DNA from: Flavobacteriales bacterium
GTDB taxonomy: Bacteria; Bacteroidota; Bacteroidia; Flavobacteriales; ECT2AJA-044
Assembly (NCBI GenBank): GCA_965658225.1
Contig: CBFHRK010000001.1
Location: forward strand, 2,335-66,334
DNA length: 64,000 nucleotides
Direction: 5' to 3'
Position numbers and translations under genes: made by a program. Every line of letters begins with the position of its first letter. Position 1 is the stretch's first letter. The notes beneath the pieces are model-generated. The model was not told the DNA's origin and did not search any database. It worked only from the letters and a program-made list of their open reading frames with translations. Of the stretch, positions 40,380 to 50,073 are shown in pieces.

Positions 40380-41822
40380 ATGAACCCATCTTATGAAGAA
40401 CATGTAGCACTTCGTGCCAAGCACGATAAAGCCGCAGCAGAATTTGTGAAAATTGTTACCGATTTATGGCTCGACAAATCCATTGAAGTAACACTCTTCC
40501 GCAAACCCCTTTTAGACCAGAGCATTAGCGAAATCTTAAACACGCACAATTACGCGCGTCAAATTAAAGGAGAGCCCATTACCATAGAAGAGACTTTGGC
40601 GCTCGTTCGCGTTATTTCGTCTATTGATGTGGCTCCTTCCAGACTCGACATTGGTCGTTTAAGCGCTGAATGGCTAAAAGAGCAAGACGCTTTCGAAACC
40701 ATGGAAGCATTTGTGCACGCCAAACTGGATCACATGATCGACGCTTCTTTCGACCTTGTTCCTAAAGATGTAGTCCTTTACGGGTTTGGACGAATTGGTC
40801 GTTTATTAGCTCGTATCCTTATTTCGAAAGAAGGACGCGGCGAGCAGCTGCGCTTGCGCGCCATTGTAACTCGCGATACTACGGAAGAGCAGTTAGTGAA
40901 AAGAGCTTCTACTCTTCGCCAAGATTCCGTTCACGGGCATTTTCCAGGAACGGTAGAAGTAGATGTTGAGAACTATCGTTTAATCGTTAATGGTAGACCC
41001 ATCCAAATTATTAGTGCCGCTCAACCAGAAGACATCGATTATACCCAGTACGGAATTAACGATGCCTTGGTTATTGACAACACCGGTGCGTTCCGGGATC
41101 ATGAAGCTCTATCGCGCCATTTAGTATCTAAAGGTGCCGAGAAAGTTCTTTTCACGGCTCCGGGTAAAGGTGTACCGAATGTTGTTCACGGTGTAAACCA
41201 AAATGACTTTGATCCGGCAGATACGAATGTTTGGTCAGCGGCTTCATGTACAACGAATGCTATTACGCCCGTCTTGAAAGTAATTCAAGATGAGTACAAT
41301 GTGATAAAAGGGCATATAGAGACGGTACATGCCTATACAAACGACCAAAATTTGGTCGATAACATGCACAAAAAATACCGTCGTGGTCGGGCAGCAGCCT
41401 TGAATATGGTTATAACCGAAACGGGTGCTGGTCAGGCCGTCTCTAAGGCGCTTCCCGTTCTTGAGGGCAAGCTTACCTCGAACGCAATTCGCGTTCCTAC
41501 CCCGAATGGATCATTGGCGATTCTAAGCTTAACCGTTGAAAAGAAAACGAGTAAAGAAGACGTCAATTTAACGATGCGCAAAGCGGCCTTATACAGTGAA
41601 TTAGTAGAGCAAATAGAGTACTCAATGGACGATGAGTTAGTATCGAGCGATATCGTTGGACGCACTGCTCCATCGATTTTCGATAGCCCAGCTACTATTG
41701 TAAGCGGCGATGGTCACAGCATGAACTTGTACGTTTGGTACGACAATGAGTTCGGCTATAGTTGTCAAGTAATGCGTTTAGCAAAATATATTGCGGGCGT
41801 GCGACGCTTGAGATACTATTAA
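40380..41822 (+). CDS. gap: Glyceraldehyde-3-phosphate dehydrogenase, long form with N-terminal extension
   Basis: YGFGRIGR, AASCTTN, ETVHAYT, RVPTPNGS and WYDNEFGY. Confidence 0.96.
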   Translation: MNPSYEEHVALRAKHDKAAAEFVKIVTDLWLDKSIEVTLFRKPLLDQSISEILNTHNYARQIKGEPITIEETLALVRVISSIDVAPSRLDIGRLSAEWLKEQDAFETMEAFVHAKLDHMIDASFDLVPKDVVLYGFGRIGRLLARILISKEGRGEQLRLRAIVTRDTTEEQLVKRASTLRQDSVHGHFPGTVEVDVENYRLIVNGRPIQIISAAQPEDIDYTQYGINDALVIDNTGAFRDHEALSRHLVSKGAEKVLFTAPGKGVPNVVHGVNQNDFDPADTNVWSAASCTTNAITPVLKVIQDEYNVIKGHIETVHAYTNDQNLVDNMHKKYRRGRAAALNMVITETGAGQAVSKALPVLEGKLTSNAIRVPTPNGSLAILSLTVEKKTSKEDVNLTMRKAALYSELVEQIEYSMDDELVSSDIVGRTAPSIFDSPATIVSGDGHSMNLYVWYDNEFGYSCQVMRLAKYIAGVRRLRYY

Positions 41823-41843
41823 AACATTCCGAGAGTTAAAGAC

Positions 41844-41877
41844 AAAGCCGTTCTGATTTTCAGAGCGGCTTTTTTTT
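41844..41877 (+). terminator. Intrinsic terminator after gap
   Basis: AAAGCCGTTCTG-ATTTT-CAGAGCGGCTTT stem followed by a T-run. Confidence 0.85.
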
Positions 41878-42049
41878 ACCCTTTCAGACCCTTTCGGAAA
41901 TACGCTACATTTAGTTCAAATTGTCAAAAGCCGCGCAATTATGAAATTCAGTTGCTGATCCTAAAAGAATAAGCGCATTTGCAGTAAGGAAAATAAAGGT
42001 CGCTTCGCTCTTTATCATCCCCCGCCATTCTCGTTCGTTATTGCAGGAA

Positions 42050-42739
42050 CTAAAGCAACGCTCTCAGCTCCTTTAAATGCTGGATCTCATAAGTTACCGG
42101 CTCTTGGTGTAGTACTTTATGCGGATTAAAGAATACTTGATCCCAACCGGCCTGTTTCGCTCCTATAATGTCGGCTTCTAAGTTATCGCCGATCATTAAA
42201 CTGCGTTCTTTTGAGGCCCCTGTTCTGCTCAGCGCATATCGGAAAATATTGTGATGCGGCTTGCGAACGCCCGCCTGCTCTGAGGTTACGATCACATCAA
42301 AATGATCACCCAAGGTGCTTTCCTTGAGCTTGATGTGCTGCACTTCCTCAAATCCATTCGTGATAATATGCAACTCATAGCGTTCCTTCAAGTAAACGAG
42401 CGTTTCAATAGCTTCCGGGAATAGGTTCTTCTTATATGGCGAACGAGCGAGGTATTCTTTTTCCATCCATTTTGCGACCTCACGGTCGGATATCCCAAAT
42501 TCCTCCAACGTGCGCAAAAAACGAGTTATGCGCAGCGTAGCTTTATCAATTTCCCCATTTCGATACTTCTTCCACATTCGATCGTTATGAACGCGGTAGC
42601 GCGGAAAAAACTCATCGAGCCGCAGGCTCCCATGATGAAGCGGAAGCTCCGCCAATAGCTCGCCTAGCGTCTCTTGCGCATTGGCGTCAAAATCCCACAG
42701 CGTATGATCTAAATCGAAAAAAAGATGATCGTACTTCAT
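42050..42739 (-). CDS. yjjG: YjjG-family HAD noncanonical pyrimidine nucleotidase
   Basis: FFDLDHTLWDF, IITNGF, KPH and MIGDNLEADI. Confidence 0.92.
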   Translation of the reverse strand: MKYDHLFFDLDHTLWDFDANAQETLGELLAELPLHHGSLRLDEFFPRYRVHNDRMWKKYRNGEIDKATLRITRFLRTLEEFGISDREVAKWMEKEYLARSPYKKNLFPEAIETLVYLKERYELHIITNGFEEVQHIKLKESTLGDHFDVIVTSEQAGVRKPHHNIFRYALSRTGASKERSLMIGDNLEADIIGAKQAGWDQVFFNPHKVLHQEPVTYEIQHLKELRALL

Positions 42740-42740
42740 T

Positions 42741-43391
42741 CTATAATTTCGTTCCGAAAGCTAGATCTCCCGCATCTCCTAACCCCGGTACAATGTATTT
42801 CTTGGCGTTCATATCAGGGTCAATTGCAGCAACGTACAAGTCTCCAATTCCTGTCAAATTTTTTTGAACATATTCGACGCCTTCCCGACTTGCAATCACC
42901 GATAAGCAATCAACTCGCTTCGGCTTTCCCCGTGACAACAGAGCCTCATAAGCCAATACCATCGACTGCCCCGTGGCCAACATGGGATCGCAAAGTATCA
43001 CGTGGCGATTGGTTAAATCGGGACTCGCCATATACTCAATTTTCACTTCAAAGGAATGATCTTCTTCTACATCGCGATACGCACTTATGAATGCATTATC
43101 AGCTCCGTCGAACACATCGAGCACACCTACATGTAATGGAACTCCCGCCCGTAATATACTCGCAACGACAGGGTTAGAACTTGGAACCGGAACCTCTGCT
43201 ACAGCCATGGGCGTATTCACTAATCGCAAATTGTACGTGAATGATTTGCTCAATTCGTAGGCGAGTGCGAATCCAATTCGCTTGATGTTTTCACGAAATC
43301 GAAACCGATCACGCTGAATTTTTTCGTCTCTTATTTCGGCCATATACTGATTTACAATACTCGGCGTGCTACTTAAATCGAATACATTCAT
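42741..43391 (-). CDS. upp: Uracil phosphoribosyltransferase
   Basis: SILRAG, DPMLATGQS and IVPGLGDAGD. Start probably at the ATG at 43391. Confidence 0.97.
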   Translation of the reverse strand: MNVFDLSSTPSIVNQYMAEIRDEKIQRDRFRFRENIKRIGFALAYELSKSFTYNLRLVNTPMAVAEVPVPSSNPVVASILRAGVPLHVGVLDVFDGADNAFISAYRDVEEDHSFEVKIEYMASPDLTNRHVILCDPMLATGQSMVLAYEALLSRGKPKRVDCLSVIASREGVEYVQKNLTGIGDLYVAAIDPDMNAKKYIVPGLGDAGDLAFGTKL

Positions 43392-43393
43392 AA

Positions 43394-44275
43394 TTAAGGT
43401 TGATACCATTTGAGGTACCAGGGCAGTCGGTTAATGATTAGCTCGGGAATTGATTTTTCCTCAGGCTTTAATCGGTCCGCGAGGACCTTTGGCAAAACCG
43501 TTCCGTCTACTTCCAAAAATACGGGAAAGGGTTCCGATTCCGCAATAATTGCTTGTACTAATAGCGTCTCGGGCCAGCGATCGGCATCCACTCGCTTTCC
43601 CGCCAAGGTGTGAAGGGTAATGCGATCGGCATCGTAAAAGATATAGGCCCCCGCCGCCAAAGTATTTTGTCGGTCGTACAAGCTCCACACCTGCCCTTTT
43701 CTTTTGTGCTGACCTACATGAAGTAAATGCTTTAATCGCTCGAGACTTTGACCATCAAATGCATGTTTTGGGTTTTGTTGTTCGACTAAAAGTTCGATCA
43801 ATGCTTCAGGTGGATCGTTCCGGAATACCGTGTAATCGAGTTCTCGTTTGACATACTCCGAATTGCTTTTGATGTGTTCAGAAGGGGTCTTTCCCGGACC
43901 ACACTGCCATTGATAAACAAGGGAATTGATTGGTGAAATTCTCGGCGAGTTTTGCTCGTTTAGATGCCAGCGAACAAACGCGTACTCTTCAGGAACGGCC
44001 AACAAGAAATCGCTGAGTAAGGATTCATCGATCTCGGGACCAACGACTCCAAGCTGATAGGTCCACGGAGGCATAGCACCAATCTGCTTCCCGTATTTCT
44101 CATACTTGGGCAACGGCATTACCGCTTCATAGTCGTTCAGAACGAGCGCGTCCCAACGGTCTACAACCGTATCGAGAAACCAAGAAAAGGTATACGGTCT
44201 TCCTTTTCCGTATTTACGTACCGTTTTGTTCCAAGCCTCCTCATTGAGATCGTCTTGGCGAACAAATTTTATCAT
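43394..44275 (-). CDS. Hypothetical protein, probable FemAB/GNAT-like acyltransferase fold
   Basis: WFLDTVVDRWDALVLNDYEAVMPLP motif, in the wecB-deacetylase cluster. Fold is inferred. Confidence 0.6.
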   Translation of the reverse strand: MIKFVRQDDLNEEAWNKTVRKYGKGRPYTFSWFLDTVVDRWDALVLNDYEAVMPLPKYEKYGKQIGAMPPWTYQLGVVGPEIDESLLSDFLLAVPEEYAFVRWHLNEQNSPRISPINSLVYQWQCGPGKTPSEHIKSNSEYVKRELDYTVFRNDPPEALIELLVEQQNPKHAFDGQSLERLKHLLHVGQHKRKGQVWSLYDRQNTLAAGAYIFYDADRITLHTLAGKRVDADRWPETLLVQAIIAESEPFPVFLEVDGTVLPKVLADRLKPEEKSIPELIINRLPWYLKWYQP

Positions 44276-44284
44276 AGTGGTGAA

Positions 44285-45592
44285 TTAATCCGAATGCGCC
44301 GCATCCAGCAGTCCTTCGTAATAATGCCTCCACCCCCTCCAAAGTTTATTTTCAGAAACAGATTCGTTATGCCAAACCGAAATAAAAGTGCCTTGAACGT
44401 CTTTTACCGCCTTCAATACAGGAAGTGTTTTTTCAAGCGCTTCGGGTGCATCCATTTTTTGGTAGAACTTTAAAATACCTTCCATGGCCGCAAATGGGTG
44501 GATTTTTAGTGGCGTCATGAATTCTAAATCGAGGTCGTAAAAGTAAAACGGTGTGCAGGTTCCGGCCCTAAACCCGAGCTGAGATGCGTAGCCCATGGTG
44601 TAATCATCCGTAATATCTAAATCCAAAAGGTTTCGGTAGGTTTCCGGAATAGTCAGCTTCAAAAAGTGCTGCCTGCTTCTAGTTATCTCTCGATGCGTTA
44701 TTCCTCCCAATCGCTGCACTTCGTCTGCCAAGCGCTTTTTCTTCTTATTGCTACCATACGACGGGTGGATTCCAATTTGTGCGTAATCGGCAATTCCTTT
44801 AATCAATCGTCGAAATCGAGGGTTTGTGTACGGTACATTCTTATCATTTAGTCCGTAATCGGCTAAAAGGAAAAAGTAAATCGTAGGGACTTTATACTTC
44901 TCTTGGATCGACTTCAAATACGGGAAAGTGTCGTACGGATCGGGCCGCAGGCCCAAAAGAACAGAAATACGCTCGACAATTTCGCGACCGTTCAGCTGGG
45001 TAACCGCCCTAAAGAATCCGCCCATACCCCGCATCAAGCCTTTCCCAGTATAGGAATAGGCATTGTCTACGTCAATTGTATTAATGAAGGAAAAGCTTCG
45101 TTCGGGCCATTTGAATTCGGGGAACGCTTGAGATAAAATCTCTTTAATCTTGAGTGCCCATTCATCGACTACTGGTCGCTGCAAAAAATGTGCTTTATAG
45201 GCAACCGACGACTCAGCAGAAAAACGTTCATGCTTATCCTTGATATGAGGCAAGTACTCTTCATAACGCGACAGCAAGTAAAAAGAAGCTGCAAAGGGAT
45301 CGAAAGGCAAGGCCGATGGCGTAGGCACTGGGAACAATGAAATTACGTCGTCTAATTCGCTGGGTTTTGGATCCCACTCATTGATTCCCGTTTCAAACAG
45401 CAGTGAGCTATTCCTAAAAAACACTTCATTTCCCAAGGGGCGTGGGGCATAGCTCATTTTAGGTCCCTTGTGCTCAATGAATTCAGAAACTTCGGTCGTG
45501 ACTTCTACCGAGACTTTAAGCATTTCGGCAAAAACCTGCTTAAAGGCGTACAATACACGCGGGTTCTTTTTATGTGCATACACCAAAATCAT
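44285..45592 (-). CDS. Polysaccharide deacetylase family protein with N-terminal DUF7033-like domain
   Basis: FDPFAASFYLLSRYEEY, TIDVD, IGIHPSY, RQHFL and VWHNE. ATGA overlap with wecB supports a start at 45592. Confidence 0.85.
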   Translation of the reverse strand: MILVYAHKKNPRVLYAFKQVFAEMLKVSVEVTTEVSEFIEHKGPKMSYAPRPLGNEVFFRNSSLLFETGINEWDPKPSELDDVISLFPVPTPSALPFDPFAASFYLLSRYEEYLPHIKDKHERFSAESSVAYKAHFLQRPVVDEWALKIKEILSQAFPEFKWPERSFSFINTIDVDNAYSYTGKGLMRGMGGFFRAVTQLNGREIVERISVLLGLRPDPYDTFPYLKSIQEKYKVPTIYFFLLADYGLNDKNVPYTNPRFRRLIKGIADYAQIGIHPSYGSNKKKKRLADEVQRLGGITHREITRSRQHFLKLTIPETYRNLLDLDITDDYTMGYASQLGFRAGTCTPFYFYDLDLEFMTPLKIHPFAAMEGILKFYQKMDAPEALEKTLPVLKAVKDVQGTFISVWHNESVSENKLWRGWRHYYEGLLDAAHSD

Positions 45593-46719
45593 CCGAACAC
45601 CTTCCAAATATGTTCGGCAATCAAGTTGGCCGCATCGCCATTCCCAAAGGTCCCTTTAACTGGACCGGTTTTTGGCTCAGCAGCTAAACGTTTCCATGTA
45701 GCTTCAATCAATCCCGAATCGCAATCAACGATGGTTGCGAAGGTATTGTCAACCAATTCGTTCCATTCCGTTTCAGAGCGTAATATTACGCTAGGCGTTC
45801 CAAAAAAGAAGGCTTCCTTGGGTATTCCGCCGCTATCAGTAATGACGAATCGAGCATCGCGAACGAGTGCCAGGGTTTCAAAATAAGTCGTGGGCGATTC
45901 AAAAAGAAACCTTTTGTGTCCGTGAATTTTTGGCCAAAACTCCGGATAATGGGTGTCAATGGCTGTTCGTGTACGAGGATGACAAGGGAAATAAAGCATC
46001 GCTCCCGAGGCTTCCGTATTGTACAGGACGCTATTCAGAATTGTTGTAAGTCGAGCCGGGTCATTGGTATTCTCGGCTCTATGCAACGTAAAGAGCACAA
46101 AGTCATCGGGATCTAATCCAGCCGGGAGGCTGGCTTTATTACTGAAATACAAAGCGTTATCGTACATCACGTCACCCGTAAGCTGAACGCTCGGGTTTAC
46201 AACTGTTGGCTCACCTACGGCTCGATTCGTAATGCCTTCAGCCTTCAACTGTTCCACCGCTGCCTCCACCGGGCAAGCCAGAACACAACTTAAATGATCC
46301 GTTAAATGTCGGTTTACTTCTTCGGGCATACTCCGATTATAGGAGCGCAAGCCGGCTTCTACGTGAACAAGGGGCAATTCTAGGTCGCTCGCGGCCAGGG
46401 CTGCACCCAGCGTAGTATTCGTATCGCCATATACCAAAACCACATCAGGCCGATTTTCTTCCCAAAGCTTGTGAAGCTCCATGGTTATTCTGGCTGTTTG
46501 AACGGCGGGTTTACCGCTTCCTACCCCGAGGTTGTATTTCGGGTTGGGCAATTCTAATTCCCGAAAGAAAACATCGGACATGTTATCGTCGTAATGCTGG
46601 CCCGAGTGAATGAGCGTTTCTTCTATTCGACCCGCATAATCGGCCCGCAATACACGATCTAATGCGGCAGACTTTATAAACTGAGGTCGAGCCCCTACAA
46701 CTGTGTGAAGTTTTATCAT
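45589..46719 (-). CDS. wecB: UDP-N-acetylglucosamine 2-epimerase (non-hydrolysing)
   Basis: GARPQFIK, HSGQHYD, VYGDTNTT, HVEAGLRS and TDSGG. Confidence 0.96.
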   Translation of the reverse strand: MIKLHTVVGARPQFIKSAALDRVLRADYAGRIEETLIHSGQHYDDNMSDVFFRELELPNPKYNLGVGSGKPAVQTARITMELHKLWEENRPDVVLVYGDTNTTLGAALAASDLELPLVHVEAGLRSYNRSMPEEVNRHLTDHLSCVLACPVEAAVEQLKAEGITNRAVGEPTVVNPSVQLTGDVMYDNALYFSNKASLPAGLDPDDFVLFTLHRAENTNDPARLTTILNSVLYNTEASGAMLYFPCHPRTRTAIDTHYPEFWPKIHGHKRFLFESPTTYFETLALVRDARFVITDSGGIPKEAFFFGTPSVILRSETEWNELVDNTFATIVDCDSGLIEATWKRLAAEPKTGPVKGTFGNGDAANLIAEHIWKVFG

Positions 46720-46722
46720 GAA

Positions 46723-47418
46723 CTAAAGTTCGTTATTATCGGCAAAGCTAAAATAATCCTGTTCAGTCACTATTAAGTGATCCAGGACCTTAATATCTAA
46801 TAATTCGCCCGCATTTTTAACTCGCTCAGTAAGTTTTCGATCGGCAGTGCTCGGGGATTTGTTCCCACTCGGATGATTGTGGGCGATGATTATAGACGTA
46901 GCTCCGCAATAAAAGCCCTCCCTAAACAGAAGACGAATATCGACCACCGTACCGCTGATTCCGCCTTTACTAATAGGTCCTTTTTGAAGAATTTTATTGG
47001 CGTTATTCAAATACAGCACCCAGAATTGCTCGTGATTTAAATCGCCCAGCGTAGGTTGAAGGAGTTCGAAAGCCTGGCGGCTCGATTGAATCGTTTGTCG
47101 TTCAAGCGCTTCTGCTCCAGCCCTTCTCCGGCCTAATTCCAAAGCGGCTAGTATCCTAACCGCTTTTGCCTCACCAATTCCATGCATCGCGATTAATCGC
47201 TGGAAATCGAGCTTTCCCAGTTCTTTCAAATTACCTTCTACAGACTTCAACAAAACTCGAGCAAGATCTACCGCGCTTTTATCTCGTGTTCCCGACCCAA
47301 TTAAAATGGCTAAAAGCTCGGCATGACTCATCTGATGCCTGCCCCAATTAATCATTTTTTCACGCGGTCGATCTTCTTTCGCCCAAAAGCGAATTCCCCT
47401 TTCTTTTGAATAATTCAT
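46723..47418 (-). CDS. radC: RadC-family JAB-domain protein
   Basis: DRPREK, HhH GIGEAKA and AHNHPSG...S..D...LDHLI. Confidence 0.96.
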   Translation of the reverse strand: MNYSKERGIRFWAKEDRPREKMINWGRHQMSHAELLAILIGSGTRDKSAVDLARVLLKSVEGNLKELGKLDFQRLIAMHGIGEAKAVRILAALELGRRRAGAEALERQTIQSSRQAFELLQPTLGDLNHEQFWVLYLNNANKILQKGPISKGGISGTVVDIRLLFREGFYCGATSIIIAHNHPSGNKSPSTADRKLTERVKNAGELLDIKVLDHLIVTEQDYFSFADNNEL

Positions 47419-47582
47419 TATTCAAAGTACCACGTTGTCAAGGCCATAGACAAGAACCCATCAGACTCTGAAAGTCGAATCGAGACTTATTCATGTTTTC
47501 GGACCTTCTTTCGAACATTAAATTATCACTCCAGAGCCACTTTGAACCCAATTCAATCATCGAAAACTAGTACCTTCAAGGC

Positions 47583-48911
47583 ATGAACGTATACACCCCT
47601 GCAGACCTTAAAACGGTGTCCGTATTAGAAAGTGTTCCCGACTACGAGCTGCAGTGGCTGATTGATCACGCTACCTTCCAAACGTATAAAGAGGGTGAAT
47701 ACGTCTTTAAAAAAGGAGACGCTGCCGATGAAATGTACATTCTTATGGAAGGGCGTGTGCTTTTCTACTTGGAACAAAATGGTCAACGGCGCGATATGGG
47801 CGAAGCTAAAAAAGGCACCTTAACAGGTCTCCTTCCCTATTCGCGATTAACTCATGCAACCGGTAATGGCGTCGTTATTAAACATGTAGAGTTATTGTCG
47901 GTTCATCGCGATATCATTCAAAAAATGATTGTTGAATGTCCGCTTTTAACTACTGCGCTCGTTCACCACATGACTTCGAGAGTGCGAGATTTCACGAATA
48001 CTCAACAACAAGTAGACAAACTCGCGGCGCTCGGAAAACTTTCTGCCGGACTCGCACACGAGCTTAACAACCCTGCCTCGGCGATCGTGCGCAGCGCTGA
48101 CGTGCTCAAACAACATCTTGGACATGTGCCCGATCGGTTTAAAAAGGTCTTGTCAATGCGAATGGAAGAATCGGCCATTAACGTTGTAAATGGGTTAGCT
48201 GATCAAAAAATTCTCGAAGTGATTAAAGACATCCCAATGCTCGAGCGTTCCGATCTTGAAGACGACTTGCTCGATTGGCTCGAGGACCACGATATTGATT
48301 TTAGTGAAGAATGGGTCGAACAGCTATTAGACTTTAACTTCTCTACTGATGACCTAGAAACCATTTGTAGCGCAACGGGTGCAGAAGCTCTTGGACCATC
48401 ACTAGGTTGGTTGGTCAACGTGCTCACTACAGAGAAATTAGTAGAAGAAATAAAAGATGATTTGAACTCGACCATGTCGCAGTACTTAATCGATCAAATA
48501 AATAGTATTGAGAACATTGAAGTCAGCGGCCAAACAGAGATTTGCAGAGTGGAAGGCTCGGATCGACTCGAAAAGGTGGTGCTTAAAAACCGAACTGATC
48601 AATCCGAGATTGAATTAGAGGCAACGGCACTCTTTATTTTCATCGGCGCGAAACCCTACACGGAGTGGCTGAACGATGACTACTTGCGCGATTCGAAAGA
48701 GTTTTTACTTTCGGGGCGTGATTTAACAAGCCATCCAGAATACAAAAAACGTTGGAAGCTAGAAAGAGACCCTTATATACTTGAAACATCCGTTCCCGGT
48801 GTATTTACGGCCGGAGACGCACGTAGTGGAGCCATGAATAGAGTTGCCTCTGCCGTAGGAGAAGGCGCAATGAGTATTAGTCTCGTTCATCGTTACCTCA
48901 GCGAAAATTAA
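47583..48911 (+). CDS. Chimeric ORF: cNMP-binding domain and HisKA of a sensor kinase fused in frame to the C-terminal third of a thioredoxin-reductase-like protein
   Basis: YVFKKGDAADEMYILMEG (cNMP) and GLAHELNNP (H-box), with no HATPase. Then DDLNSTMSQYLIDQI...FIFIGAKP...TSVPGVFTAGD...RVASAVGEG. Confidence 0.8.
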   Translation: MNVYTPADLKTVSVLESVPDYELQWLIDHATFQTYKEGEYVFKKGDAADEMYILMEGRVLFYLEQNGQRRDMGEAKKGTLTGLLPYSRLTHATGNGVVIKHVELLSVHRDIIQKMIVECPLLTTALVHHMTSRVRDFTNTQQQVDKLAALGKLSAGLAHELNNPASAIVRSADVLKQHLGHVPDRFKKVLSMRMEESAINVVNGLADQKILEVIKDIPMLERSDLEDDLLDWLEDHDIDFSEEWVEQLLDFNFSTDDLETICSATGAEALGPSLGWLVNVLTTEKLVEEIKDDLNSTMSQYLIDQINSIENIEVSGQTEICRVEGSDRLEKVVLKNRTDQSEIELEATALFIFIGAKPYTEWLNDDYLRDSKEFLLSGRDLTSHPEYKKRWKLERDPYILETSVPGVFTAGDARSGAMNRVASAVGEGAMSISLVHRYLSEN

Positions 48912-48915
48912 CCCC

Positions 48916-50073
48916 ATGATAGAGCGTTTTAAACAAATTCGGAAGTATACCGAAGATCTTTGTCTTCCCCTTCAAGTAGAAGATTATATTCCTCAAGCGG
49001 TGGTGGATGTGAGTCCACCTAAATGGCATCTCGCCCATACTACTTGGTTTTTCGAAACGTTCATCTTAAAGCCACACGCTCCTGGTTATCAAGTGTTTCA
49101 AGAGAAATACAGCTTCCTTTTCAACTCCTATTACGAATCTATTGGAGATCGTGTTTTCCGCGATCATCGCGGACATATGAGTCGGCCCACGGTTTCAGAA
49201 GTGTATGATTACCGAGCGTATGTAAACGAGCACATGGTCGAGTTTTTGGAGAATTCCGAGGTTCCAAATTTCCTTAATGAGGTTTTGGCCTTAGGTCTTC
49301 AGCACGAGCAACAACACCAAGAGTTACTCATAACGGACTTAAAGTTCACACTCTCTCGAAACCCCTTGTTTCCAGCGTACGACTTAAATAACACTTGGGA
49401 GACTAATTTTCCTTCGCCGGCGGAAAACCAATGGGTTGAATTGGCTGAAGGGCTCTACGATATAGGCTACTCGGGAAGCGATTTTTGTTTCGACAATGAA
49501 TTGGGTCGGCATAAAGTATATCTCGCAGGTTGTCGTGCCGCCACAAATTACGTGACTAATGAAGAGTATTTGGCCTTCATGAACGATGGTGGATATACTG
49601 ATTTTCGTCATTGGCTCAGTGAAGCGTGGGGAATGGTTCAAGAAAAAGGGTGGAATGCTCCTTTGCACTGGCATCAAATCGATGGTCAGTGGCACGAGTA
49701 TCAATTGAACGGGTTGGTCCCGATCGAGCCGAAGGCTCCGGTGCGCCATATTAGCTACTTTGAGGCCGATGCTTATGCCGCCTGGTCAGGTAAGCGGTTG
49801 CTCACCGAATTCGAGCGTGAAGCGCTTGATAACGCCCTCACGGGCGGATGGCTATGGGAGTGGACGGGAAGTGCGTATCTGCCCTACCCGCGCTTCTCCA
49901 AAGCGGAAGGCGCCATTGGCGAATACAACGGAAAATTCATGGTGAATCAAATGGTACTTCGCGGCGGGTCATTGGCATCGCCTTTGGGTCATGTCAATCG
50001 ACCGACATATAGAAATTTCTTTCATCCGCATCTTAGATGGCAATTTAACGGGATCAGACTCGCGAGTAAATGA
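48916..50073 (+). CDS. egtB: Ergothioneine sulfoxide synthase EgtB
   Basis: SPPKWHLAHTTWFFE, HEQQHQEL iron-binding motif, FGE-sulfatase C-terminal domain and RNFFHP. Confidence 0.93.
   Translation: MIERFKQIRKYTEDLCLPLQVEDYIPQAVVDVSPPKWHLAHTTWFFETFILKPHAPGYQVFQEKYSFLFNSYYESIGDRVFRDHRGHMSRPTVSEVYDYRAYVNEHMVEFLENSEVPNFLNEVLALGLQHEQQHQELLITDLKFTLSRNPLFPAYDLNNTWETNFPSPAENQWVELAEGLYDIGYSGSDFCFDNELGRHKVYLAGCRAATNYVTNEEYLAFMNDGGYTDFRHWLSEAWGMVQEKGWNAPLHWHQIDGQWHEYQLNGLVPIEPKAPVRHISYFEADAYAAWSGKRLLTEFEREALDNALTGGWLWEWTGSAYLPYPRFSKAEGAIGEYNGKFMVNQMVLRGGSLASPLGHVNRPTYRNFFHPHLRWQFNGIRLASK

Noticed and set aside
41880-42049. RNA gene or small ORF in the gap-yjjG intergenic region
   Set aside because: No tRNA cloverleaf or recognisable ncRNA motif, and the only ATG closes after 5 codons.
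46723-47418. radC as a marker of an integrative element
   Set aside because: It is a full-length chromosomal type with the HhH N-terminus, embedded in a housekeeping run. No integrase, att repeats or cargo genes are nearby.
48916-50073. Selenoneine synthase SenA instead of EgtB
   Set aside because: No senB glycosyltransferase or selD/senC is adjacent, and egtD is in the same operon.
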